Below are positions 49,203 to 60,635 of a stretch of DNA of 64,000 nt, piece after piece. Under the pieces are notes generated by a model. It was not told the origin of the DNA and did not search any database. It worked only from the letters and a program-made list of their open reading frames with translations. Every line of letters starts with the position of its first letter. Within the stretch, counting starts at the first letter, position 1. The DNA is from Leucoraja ocellata. Its lineage: Eukaryota. Position numbers and translations under genes: made by a program. Where the stretch lies: contig JAWMAR010000085.1 in assembly GCA_036785375.1 (NCBI GenBank), positions 7,626,001-7,690,000 of the forward strand. The letters run 5' to 3'.

Positions 49203-49502
49203 AGGGCAGCACAGTGGCGCAGCAGCTAGAACCGCTGCCTCACAGCGCCAGAGATCCAGGTGACGATCCTGACCTTGAGTGCTGTCTGTGTGGAGTTTGT
49301 ATGTTCTCCCTGTGACCACGTGGGTCTCCTCCAGGTGCTCCAGTTTCCTCCCACATCACAAAGATGTGTGGATTTGTGGGTTAATTGGCTGTCTGGAAAT
49401 TGCCCCTCGTGTGTAGGGAGTGAATGAGATAATAGGATAACATAGAACTAGTGTGAATGATGGTTTGTGTGGATTCAGTGGGCATGTATCTCTGAAACTA
49501 AA
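49203..49502 (+). mobile_element. HE1-like V-SINE
   Basis: Same architecture. Confidence 0.8.
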
Positions 49503-51230
49503 AAACACATTTTACAAAAATTTGAGCTTGAAAAATGATTACAGTGTAACATCAAAAATATTCACCTCGGCCTCGTTGTTTTGCTTGTTATAGTGTTAAA
49601 AACCAGAGTGCAAACCCAACACTTGTACAAATTCCAGTGGGCAGCTTCACGTTGATGTAATACAGAGGTTCATTGGAGCAAGATGGCTCATTTGCATCTT
49701 TTATTTTTAAGCAGACCATCTGTTCGAAGTTGGCATGAATTAAGTCAAAGCACTGGCATATCCAAATGTAACACTGTGAACCCAGTCAAAGCTTGAAGCT
49801 GAATAGCCAGGCCTTGGGGATAAGGACTATCACTGCTCAAAACCTGAGCTGGGAGCCAAAAGCCAATTAAAAAATCCTGCTGCCACCTTCCCTCAGCGGT
49901 ACGCTTGGATGTCGGGAATATTTGTGGGGTGGGTGAATTCAATAAGAGATGCTGCCTGACCTGCTGAGTTACTCCAGCACTTTGTGTTTATCTTTAGTTG
50001 AAACCATCGTCTGCAGTTCCTTTGTTTCTACATATAGGTTGGTGTAATGTAAAGGTTAAAACAGGCTTGCCAGCGAAAATTGAGTTGTCTTCTAACAGTC
50101 CTTATGTGAACAGGTACATGAATAGGATAGGTTTAGATGGATATGGGCCAAATGCACACAGGTGGGTCTAGTGTAGGTTGACTAATGATATGGGACAAAA
50201 TTGGGCAAATGGGAGTAACTTTGATGGAGCATGTTGGTCAGCATGTGCAAGTTGGGATGAAGGGCCTGTTGCCATGCTGTACGACTCGATAAACGGTACA
50301 CTCTACATTAAACTTAATTTTAAACGATGTTCAACATTTGTAACCTTGCATAAATTAGCCGGCGTTGAAGATCTGCCAATTGCCTGCAGGCTGTGAGCAA
50401 ATTATGAAAAGGATTCTTCTTTGAATAACATTCAATGGCAAGCTCACTGCTCATTTGTGCAGATATCCCTAGCAGAATGGGAAAGCCCAGACCATCACAC
50501 AAACCAATCTCCCTTCCATTGACACCATCTACACCTCACGCTGCCTGGCAAGGCCAGCAGCATAATCAAGGACGAGCCACAATCCCTCTTCTCTGAAAGA
50601 GAATGCTACTTCTTCTACTGTGAAAACTCACACCTTTGCATTCAGCGACAGTTTCTTCCCAGCTGCTACCAGGCAACTGAACCATCTTATCAATAATTTA
50701 GAGAGTGGTCCTGAGCTACTATCCACCTCACTGGAGACCCTCAGGCTATCTTTGATCGGACTTTACTAGATTCTATCGCACTAAACATTATTTGTGTTAT
50801 CCCCTTTATTCATGTATCTGTACACTGTGGATGGCTCGATTGTAATTGTGTACCTCTGTATTGTCACCTCACAATAAATTAAACTCTACAATAGTCAAAA
50901 GCCCCGAGCAATATCACCAAGCTGATTGTCACTTGTGCTGACAGGCGGAGGAGTGACTGTGCTCTTTGTTGGTCTGTTCCCCGACCTACAAGCATTGCAT
51001 CTACAGCATCACCACTGTATGTAATGGGCACGTGCCTGACACACCTGGTCTCCCTCGAGGGTGAGAAGTTCCATTCTCCAAGCAAGTAATTCCAGTCCGT
51101 CAAATTTCCAGGGCAAATCCTGAATGCTTCCAGCACGTTAAAGGCCCATTTATTTTAATGCCCAATTGCTGCTAAAACGTCTCCACTTCTGTTTTTGATG
51201 AAGGGCCCTGACCTGAAACATCGCCTATCA

Positions 51231-51570
51231 GGCGGCACAGTGATGCCGTGATAGAATTGCTGCCTCATAACCAAAGACACTAGGCTCATACCACCACAGA
51301 CCCGGGTTCGTCCACAGACTACGCATGCTGTCTGCACAGAGTTATTACATTCTCCCTGTGACCGCGTGGGTTTTCTCCGCGTGCTCCGGTTTCCTCCCAC
51401 ATCTCAAAGACCTGTGGGTTTGCAGGTTAATTGGCTTCTGTAAATTGCCCCTAGTTTTTAGGAAGTGAATGTGAAAACGGGATAATGTAGAACTAGTGTG
51501 AGTGGGCGATCGATGGTCAGCACAGACTCGGTGAGCCGAAGGGCCTGTTTCCAGGCTGCATCTCTAAAGC
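51231..51570 (+). mobile_element. HE1-like V-SINE
   Basis: Same architecture. Confidence 0.75.
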
Positions 51571-52023
51571 TAATCCTAATATTATCCGTGTTCTCCAGGG
51601 ATGTTGCCTGACCCCCTGAGTTACTCCAGCACTCTGTGTCTTTTTTGGTATAAACCAGCTTCTGGGGTTCCTTGTGACTTCACTTTGGTTTATATCCATC
51701 TACATCTTCCACCAATATTCCTCCCTCCGTCTTTGCAATTCACTCCTTCTTCTCTCATTTGCCCTTTTATCTCCTTTTCACCTCCAGCCTTTGTCACTCG
51801 CTCCACCCATCTGCCAATCAACCACCCCCCCTCCCCCTCCCCCTCCCCAGTAGCCATTTATCACATGCCAGGGTTTGTCCCACCCCCACTGTGATTACTC
51901 TTCCAGCTTTGTTTTCCAATCCCCCTCATCCACCCTACGATCAGTCTGAAGAAGGGCTGACCTGAACCGTCACCTATCCATGTTATCCAGAGGTGTTACC
52001 AGGCCCGATGAGTCAAAGGCTTT

Positions 52024-52213
52024 GGTGGACCAAGCCAAAAGGTCACCAAGTCTACGTTTGGTCTTGCCAATGTACAGGAAGCCATATCGGGATCACCGCT
52101 CAGTCTGCCACGTCGCACTCCGTCCACCAAGATTTGCTAGATCTCCCGGTTGCCAACCCTTTCAACTCCCCTTCATATTCACACACTGAACTTCCTGTCC
52201 CGAGCCTCCTCCA
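52024..52213. mobile_element. Penelope GIY-YIG fragments in inverted arrangement
   Basis: Minus 52024-52092 reads SRYGFLYIGKTKRRLGDLLA (YIG motif); plus 52113-52213 reads HSVHQDLLDLPVANPFNSPSYSHTELPV. Confidence 0.75.
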
Positions 52214-53477
52214 AAACCTCGGGCTGAAAGGTCGGTGAGGGAGTGGGAAGAGGAGTCAGTCAGCAACCGGGAGATCCAGCAGGCCTCGGCAAACCACGGC
52301 TCGTGACACTATTGAATGTAAAGACACTGAGAACGTGTGAAGGGTTTTTGCACAGTTTTTGTCTTGTATATATTTTTTATTCTGCACAAAGTACATTTTT
52401 GGAAGATATACCAGTCCGACAGAAAACAACTAGGCCACAGATATAGAGATACAAGCAACTATAGAAACAGCAGGACAGGCAGCATCTCTGGAGAAAATGG
52501 ATGGGTGACTTTCCAGGTCAAGACCCTTCTTCAGACTGATTCAAAAATACTCTGCCTCACCATTATGCCCACATATACCATCAAACTGGAAGTAGGTTGC
52601 AATTTCCACCCAGTATTTAAATTCTAGAGTTTATAATCTATTTTTCAATTTTTAAAAAAAAATCCTTTTTACTGCTATTATGGATCTTAATGAAACTTTC
52701 CAAAGAAAGGGAGCAGCATGGTGGCAGAGCGGTAGTGTTGCTGCCTTACAGCACCAGAAACCCTGGGTTCAATCCTGACGGCGGGTGCTGTCTTTATGGA
52801 GTTTGTATGTTCTCTCTGTTTTCTTTCCTTCCACACTCCAAAGCCGTGCAGGTTTGTAGGTTAATTGTAATTGTCCCTAGTGTGTAGGATAATGCTGGTG
52901 TACGGGGTGACCGATGGATGGTGTGGCTTGGTGGGCCCGTTTTTACACTGTATCTATAAAGTATAAAGAAAGAAACAGATTTAATAGGGAATCTGAGTTG
53001 GAAACAGAAAATACAGCAAAGTAGGAGATCTGGGGGAGAGGAATGAAGATGATTTGCTAATGTATTGAGACCGAGATCCTTTCAATGTCGGGCTGAGAGT
53101 AATCAAGCAAGCTGCTACATTAAGCAAAGCAGACGGGAAAGAGAGAGAGCCAACAGATGCTGCACAATATGTGGGTGGAAGCAAGCATAAACTGATTAAT
53201 CGGGAGCTGGGAGTTGATTAAAAATATTGTTTTTGTGCTAGCAGATGAGTAGAACAGTACAGCACAGGAACAGGCCCTTCGACCCACAATGTCCATGCTG
53301 AACATGATGCCAAATAAAATTAATCTCCCCTATCTGAAGGGTCCCAACCTGAAACATTACCTATCCATGTTTTTCAGTCTAAAGACGGGTTCAAACATAA
53401 AATGTCACCCATCTTTTTCTCCAGAGATGATGCCTGACCTGCTGAGTTACTCCAGCACTTGTGTCTTTTTTTTTTGG

Positions 53478-53794
53478 TGGTGAGGCTGGTGAAGCTGCTG
53501 CCTCACAGCGCCAGAGACCCAGGTTCGATCGTGACCTCGGATGCTGTCTGTGTGTGGAGTTTGCACGTTCTCCCTGTGACCGTGTGGGTTTGCTCCGGGT
53601 GCTACGGTTTCCTCCCACATCACGAAGATGCGCGGGTTTGTAGGTTAATTGACCTTCTGTAAATTGCCCCCTAGTGTGCAGGGTGCGGATGAGGAAGTGA
53701 GATAACTTAGTACTAATGTGAACGGGTGATTTATGGTCGACGTGGATTTGGTGGGTTGTAGGGCCTGTTGCCATGTTGTATCTCTAAACAAAAC
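53478..53794 (+). mobile_element. HE1-like V-SINE
   Basis: Same architecture. Confidence 0.8.
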
Positions 53795-53796
53795 TA

Positions 53797-54442
53797 CTGT
53801 ATATATATCCCAGCAATAAATACGCAATTTTTTACCCTAAAATAAGGCTAAAAAATGTACCTGCAGGGGAGGGGTAAGAGTTCCTTCCACAGCGTGTGGG
53901 GAGTCTGGCCCGGGTCAGCACGGCTAGGCCACCAGGGATAAAGTTGCAGGGAGGGCAGGAGCGTTGAGAAAGAGGGGGTCGGGGATCATGCCAGCAACTC
54001 AGTCAGTAGCTCGGGTGGCTGCGAGCAGCCGCCGGGACCGGACAGCGGAACCGGTCGCCACCTCAGCGCCTTTTGCCAGCCGGCAGCCAGCAACGGTGTC
54101 CTTCGACAGGCGCAACTGGTGGAGGTGGTGGTGGTTGGCAGGTAGCTACTAGGCGGAAGTCTGGCTGCCCCGTCCCTGGCTCTCTCTCTCTCTCTCCCCG
54201 TTATGTGATCTCCCTGAGCCAGGAAGTCCCCGTCCCTCAGACGTGAACCGCACAGTGCATTGTGGGGCAGGCGAAGATGGAGGCTCCCCGGTCATTGCCT
54301 CCATGAAGGCGTCTCACATCTTCCTTTCTACTGACTAAACCAAACCTTTGATCCTAGCCCGCCAGCCTTTTATAAAAATTTATTAACTCAAAACGGGGGT
54401 GCGTCTTCAACGCAGGTGCGTCTTCATTGCTGGGAGATACGG
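53797..54442. mobile_element. Tc1/mariner-superfamily (pogo/Tc2-type) MITE
   Basis: Left end TA|CTGTATATATATCCCAGCAATAAATACGCA; right end TGCGTCTTCATTGCTGGGAGATACGG|TA; TA TSD; GC/CpG-rich non-coding interior. Confidence 0.75.
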
Positions 54443-54541
54443 TATATTAGATAGACACAGTGTGTAGAAAGGAACTGGTTTATGTGGTGTAGATAGACAC
54501 AAAGTGCTGGAATAACTCACTGGAATAACTCACTTTTTACA

Positions 54542-54978
54542 GTTACAGAGAAAGGTTGAACAAGTTAGGGCTTTATTCTTTGGAGCGCAGAAGGTTAAGG
54601 GGGGACTTGATAGAGGTTTTTTAAATGATGAGAGGGATAGACAGAGTTGACGTGGAAAAGCTTTTCCCACTGAGAGTAGGGAAGATTCAAACAAGGGGAC
54701 ATGACATGAGAATTAAGGGACTGAAGTTTAGGGGTAACATGAGGGGGAACTTCTTTACTCAGAGAGTGGTAGCTGTGTGGAATGAGCTTCCAGTGAAGGT
54801 GGTGGAGGCAGGTTTGTTTTTATCATTTAAAAATAAATTGGATAGTTATATGGATGGGAAGGGAATGGAGGGTTATGGTCTGAGCGCAGGTATATGGGAC
54901 TAGGGGAGATTATGTGTTCGGCACAGACTAGAAGGGTCGAGATGGCCTGTTTCCGTGCTGTAATTGTTATATGGTTAT
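54542..54978 (+). mobile_element. CR1/HER1-type 3' end (different subfamily, TTATATGG tail) inserted in a Penelope fragment
   Basis: RGIDRVDVEKLFP..TRGH..FFTQRVVAVWNELP; ATAACTCA occurs on both sides. Confidence 0.8.
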
Positions 54979-55267
54979 AACTCAGTGGGTCAGGCACCAT
55001 CTCTGGAGAAAAATATGGGTGACGTTTTGTGTTTGAACTCTTTGGACTGAAAGTAGAGGGGAGAGAAAAGGCCAGAACAAATCCTTAATTTGCCTTTGTA
55101 AATCACCCCTAGGGTATAGGAGTGGATGAGAAAGTGGGATGACATAGAACTAATGTTAACGGGTAATTGCTGGTCGGCTTGGAGCCGATGGGCTGAAGAG
55201 CCTGTTTCCATGCTGTATCTCCAAACAAAACTAAACTAGTGTCTTTATCTAACTTCATATTTAACAG

Positions 55268-55645
55268 GTTTGTGCAGAGCTCAAAGGCAGGTGCAGATGC
55301 AGGAAGGACCCCTGATCAGATCGGAAGGATACCACACCACCATTTGGTGCAACGTATCGGGGTATTCCGGAACTACGGAGCAGAACTTTGAGTGGTCGAT
55401 CTACCTGCCTTCTGCCCCGACCCGACAAATCCAGATCATCAGCACCAACGACCCTGGCTATCCCTACACGATGTACGGGGACAGGGTGCAGAATAAGGAG
55501 GTGTACGTGGAGAGGATTGACCGTGACTCGGCCCAGTTGCACATTACCAACCTCAAGCTGGGAGATGCCGGGGAATATGAATGCCACACTCCCAACACCG
55601 AATCCACCTACTGGGGATCGTACAATGCCAAGGGGAATCTGACAG
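55268..55645 (+). CDS. IGSF3: Coding exon for the first IgV domain of an EWI-family protein (IGSF3/EWI-3-like; CD101 is the alternative)
   Basis: Acceptor ...tttaacAG|G at 55267/55268 and donor ACAG|GTACGT at 55645/55646; 378 bp, phase 1 at both ends as usual for Ig exons. Translation (G)LCRAQRQVQMQEGPLIRSEGYHTTIWCNVSGYSGTTEQNFEWSIYLPSAP...LHITNLKLGDAGEYECHTPNTESTYWGSYNAKGNLT matches my recollection of the human IGSF3 N-terminus (QRQVTVQEGPLYRTEG..IWCNVSGY..EQNFQWSIYLPS..DAGEYECHTP..GSYSAK). The Ig Cys, Trp and DxGxYxC motifs are present. Confidence 0.93.
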
Positions 55646-55951
55646 GTACGTGACTCTTGACTTCACATTGCTAGCTATTGTTAATGCCACACAAACTTGC
55701 CTGGATTGGCACAGCGGCACAGCAGGTGGAGCTGCTGCCTCCAAGCTCCAGGCCACATGACTTTAGACACAAGGTGCTGGTGTAACTCAAGGGGTTCGGC
55801 AGCATCTCTGGAGAACATGGATTAGTGATGTTTTGGGTCGGGACCTATATCTTTTCTCCAGGGCTGCTGCCTGACCCGCTAAGTTACTCCAGCACTTTGT
55901 GTCTATCTTCAGTGTGAACCAGCATCTGCAGTTCCTTCTTCCATGGACTTT

Positions 55952-57751
55952 TATTTTTATTTTTTTATTTTATTTATTAGAAGTAAGTACAATACAATGG
56001 TACCTTTTTTTCAGGTGCCAAATATATGTTGACATGATACATTCTCTGTACATTGAAACATAGAAAATAGGTGCAGGAGTAGGCCATTCGGCCCTTCGAG
56101 CCTGCACCGCCATTCGATATGATCATGGCTGATCATCCAACTCAGTATCCCATCTCCATACCCCCTGATCCCTTCTCTCCATACCCCCTGATCCCTTTAG
56201 CCACAAGGGCCACATCTAACTCCCTCTTAAATATAGCCAATGAACTGGCCTCAACTACCTTCTGTGGCAGAGAATTCCACAGATTCACCACTCTTCATTT
56301 TTTATTTTTTTTCAAAGAAAGAAATGAAAAAGATAATAGAGAGTAGAAGAACGTGTAGTGTGTATAAAAAAGAAAGAGATAGTGAGAAAGAAAAGTAAGA
56401 AAGAATAAGGAGCAAGAGAGAGATTAGCAAATAGGAGATAGAGATGAGTTTCTATATTGTTGACCATTTTTCACCCAAACCTGAAACAGTTGTTTTTTAC
56501 GATTCTGTTGCACCACATGAATTCAAGAAGTCAATAAATGGAGACCAACTCGTTAAGAATTGGTCTGGTTTATCTATTAGGAGGAATCGCATTTCTTCAA
56601 GATGTGCTGTGTCCAACATATTTATAATCCACATTTTGAGCGTTGACATGGTTGTATTTTTCCAAAATTTAAGTATAAGTTTTTTTTGCTATTATTAACC
56701 CATAATTAAATGAATTTTGGCATGTGTTTAATTTGTTCCCATCTCCGGATACTCCAAATAAAATCAATTCAGTATTAGGTTCTATTTTTGTCTTGAATAG
56801 ATTTGTGAATATATCAAAAATATCACACCAAAATTTATGAAGTTGTATACAGGAAACAAAAGAGTGTGTAATATTGGCATTTTGAGATGGACATTTATCA
56901 CAAATGGGAGAAATATTTGGATAAAAGTTATTCAGCCTAGTTTTTGGGTAATATAGTCTATGTAGTATTTTGAATTGAATTAAGTTGTGTCTTACATTAA
57001 TCAAACATTTATGTATATATATCAAATACTTTTCCCATGTTTCTTTCGAGATTTTTATCATTAATTCTCGTTCCCAGTCTTCTCTAAGTGCCTCTGTTGA
57101 TGGTAATTCTCTATTTAAAATACTATTATATAGATATGATATTAAATTTTGTGAGTCAGCCCTAATATTCATTGATTCTTCCAGTGGGTCTAAAATTATA
57201 ATTTGAAATCTTTGTATATATTTCTTCATAAAATCACAGATCTGTAAATATTTAAAGTATTGGTTGTCATTCAGCCTTAATTTTAATTGTTGGAATGATA
57301 ACAGATTTCCCATTTCATACATGTCGCCTACCCTTTTAATTCCCATTCTTTCCCATTGTTTGTATGTTTTATCACTATTGGCGTTAGCACTGATGGGTTT
57401 CTTAATTTTAAAGTTAATTTTATTTGTTTCCAAATTCATATTGTATTATGGATAATTGGATTCTTCTTATATATTGTTCAGTTTTATCGGGGAGAAGAGG
57501 ATCGCTCCTATATCACAAGGAGAACAATCCTCTTTCTCCATCCTTATCCATTTCGTCTGTTGGGGAGAGCTGTCCAACCAATAAATTATATTCTTGATAT
57601 GCACTGCCCAATAATAATAATACAAAAAATTAGGAAGTGAGAGTCCCCCAACATCTTTGGGTTTACACAGATGTTTTTTTAAATTCTATGTGATCAATAG
57701 TCCCAAATAAAGTTGGTAATATTAGAATCTAGTTTTTTTTTTAATGTTTTG

Positions 57752-57783
<32 letters not shown>

Positions 57784-58585
57784 GGATTGAAATATGTATA
57801 GCATTTGTGGTAAAAAAAAATCATTTTTATAGCATTTATTCTGCCTATTAATAACAACGGGAGAGTTTTCCAGAATTTAATCAAGGCATTCAATTTATTT
57901 AATAATGGCATAAAATTAGCGTTAAATAATGATTTGTGTCTTCTAGTAATTTGAATACCCAAATACTTAAATTTTTCTGTTGCAATTTTAAAGGGAAATT
58001 TTAATAAATTAGTTGCTTCATGAGGCTTTAATGACATAATTTCACTTTTATTCCAGTTTACTCTATATCCTGAAAAATACCCAAATTCCTCTATTAAATT
58101 TAATAAGGTCGGAATACTCATTTGTGAATTTGTAATATATAAAAGTATATAATCTGCATATAATGAGATTTTATTATTTGAGTCTTTAGTATTATATCCC
58201 TGAATATTCGGATGAGTTCTTATCCTTTCAGCCAAAGGCTCTATCATAAGGGCAAATAGCAGGGGTGATAATACACATTCCTGCCTATTGCCCCTTGTTA
58301 ATTGGAATTTTGGTGATAACATATTATTAATTAATATTCTTGCCGTCAGTTTATCATATAGTAATTTTACCCATATAATGAAATTCTCTCCCATATTTTT
58401 GGAGTCTACCTGATCAAATGCTTTCTCTGCATCCAGAGAGACAACTGATATATCTTCTTTTCCCGTTTTATGTGAGTACATTATATTAAATAGGCGTCTC
58501 AAATTATTAAATGATCGTCTTTTAGGTATAAACCCCGTTTGGTCTGGATTTATCAATTTATTAATATATTTACTCAATCTTCTTG
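55952..58585 (-). mobile_element. 5'-truncated, degenerate L1-clade LINE
   Basis: ORFs 57741-58592 (DQTGFIP, SLDAEKAFD, RG-RQ-C-LSPLLF, SLYAD, SGYRVNWNKSE) and 56669-57439 (CDKC..H..C CCHC knuckle). A-rich tail at 55952-55978. 14-bp TSD CTTCCATGGACTTT at 55938-55951 and 58586-58599. Confidence 0.92.
56056..56295 (-). mobile_element. Young CR1 3' end nested in the L1 3'UTR
   Basis: Same family; interrupts the L1 sequence between 55952 and 56330. Confidence 0.8.
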
Positions 58586-58614
58586 CTTCCATGGACTTTA
58601 AACTTTACTTTATC

Positions 58615-58923
58615 CAGAATCCAGAACAAGGGGTCAGTTTAAGGATAAAGGGGAAATCTTTTAGGACCGAGATGAGGAAAACCTTTTTCACACAGAGAGT
58701 GGTGAATCTCTGGAATTCTCTGCCACAGAAGGTAGTTGAGGCCAGTTCATTGGCTGTATTTAAGAGTTAGATATGGCCCTTGTGGCTAAAGGGATCAGGG
58801 GGTATGGAGAGAAGGCAGGAACAGGATACTGAGTTGGATGATCAGCCATGATCATATTGAATGGTGGTGCAGGCTCGAAGGGCCGAATGGCCTACTCCTG
58901 CACCTATTTTCTATGTTTCTATG
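58615..58923 (+). mobile_element. Young CR1 3' end
   Basis: Same family; TTTCTATGTTTCTATG tail. Confidence 0.85.
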
Positions 58924-59042
58924 AATGGCCTAATTCTGCTCTTATGAAATATTATAGTATTTTAAAATGTCAGTATGCGCACTCTGTGTATGTTGAAATC
59001 ATGAGGGGAATAAATAGGACAGATGCACAGAGTCTTTCGCCT

Positions 59043-60057
59043 ATAAATCCATGCTGACTTTGTCCAATGATTTCACCACTTTCCAAATGTGCTGCTATCC
59101 CATCTTTAATAACTGACTCTAGCAGTTTCCCCACTACCGATGTTAGACTAACTGGTCTGTAATTCCCCGTTTTCTCTCTCCCTCCCTTCTTAAAAAGTGG
59201 GGTTACGTTTGCTACCCGCCAATTCTCAGGAACTACTCCAGAATCTAAAGAGTTTTGAAAGATTATTACTAATGCATCCACTATTTCTGGAGCTACTTCC
59301 TTAAGTACTCTGGGATGCAGCCTATCTGGCCCTGGGGATTTATCGGCCTTTAATCCATTCGATTTACCCAACACCACTTCCCGGCTAACCTGGATTTCAC
59401 TCAATTCCTCCAACTCCTTTGACCCGCGGTCCCCTGCTATTTCCGGCAAATTATTTATGTCTTCCTTAGTGAAGACGGAACCAAAGTAGTTATTCAATTG
59501 GTCCGCCATATCCTTGTTCCCCATGATCAACTCACCCGTTTCTGACTGCAAGGGACCTACATTTGTTTTAACTAATCTCTTTCTTTTCACATATCTATAA
59601 AAACTTTTGCAGTCAGATTTTATGTTCCCTGCCAGTTTTCTTTCATAATCTATTTTTCCTTTCCTAATTAAGCCCTTTGTCCTCCTCTGCTGGTCTCTGA
59701 ATTTCTCCCAGTCCTCCGGTATGCTGCTTTTTCTGGCTAATTTGTACGCATCATCCTTCGCTTTGATACTATCCCTGATTTCCCTTGTTATCCACGGATG
59801 TACTACCTTCCCAGATTTATTCTTTTGCCAAACTGGGATGAACAATTTTTGTAGTTCATCCATGCAGTCTTTAAATGTCTTCCATTGCATATCCACCGTC
59901 AACCCTTTTATAATTAATTGCCAGTCAATCTTGGCCAATTCACGTCTCATACCCTCAAAGTTACCTTTCTTTAAGTTCAGAACCATTGTTTCTGAATTAA
60001 CAATGTCACTCTCCATCCTAATGAAGAACTCAACCATATTATGGTCACTCTTGCCCA
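59043..60057 (-). mobile_element. CR1 LINE ORF2 internal fragment (end of APE to start of RT)
   Basis: ORF 58970-60058: SDHNMVEF ... KSPGPDRLHPRVLKE ... NYRPVSLTSVVGKLLES ... QSQHGF. Confidence 0.92.
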
Positions 60058-60334
60058 TGGCTGATCATTATTTGTTGTTGGATAGATACAGCGTGAAAAC
60101 AGATCCTTCAGCCCACCGAGTCCACGCCGATCATCGATCACCCCATCACACTAGATCAATGTTATCCCAGTTGCTCATCCACTCCCGACACGCTAGGGGC
60201 AATTTACAGAGGGTTAATTAACCTACAAACCCGCACGTCTTTGGGATGTGGAAGGAAACTGGACCACCCGGAGGAAACCCTGGCGGTCACAGAGAGAACA
60301 ACACAGATACGTAGACAGGATCGAACCAGGTATA

Positions 60335-60635
60335 GTTTAGTTGAGTTTAGAGATACAACACGGAACAGGCGCTTCGGCCCACCGGGTCTGTCCGACCAGT
60401 GATCCCAGTACACTAGCATTATCCAACACATTATGGACAATTTACAATTTTTATCGGCTAATTAACCTACAAACTTGCAAGTTTTTGGAGTCTGGGAGGA
60501 AACCAGAGCACCCGGAGAAAACCCACACAGTCATGGGGAGAATGTACAAACTTCGTACAAACGACACTTGTAGTGAGGATCGGACCCGGGTCTCTGTCGT
60601 TTTGAGGCAGCAGCTCTACCCGCTGCGTCCAGTGT
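60335..60635 (-). mobile_element. HE1-like V-SINE
   Basis: Reverse-complement copy. Confidence 0.75.

Noticed and set aside
53900-54320. Possible CpG-island promoter or first exon
   Set aside because: Enclosed by MITE TIRs and a TA TSD; no convincing leader ORF or donor.
55261-55587. 108-aa antisense ORF over the IgV exon
   Set aside because: Shadow of the coding strand; no independent support.
58615-60057. Plus-strand CR1 3' end next to a minus-strand CR1 ORF2 fragment read as one twin-primed insertion
   Set aside because: Order and orientation do not fit twin priming and no shared TSD was found; treated as separate insertions.
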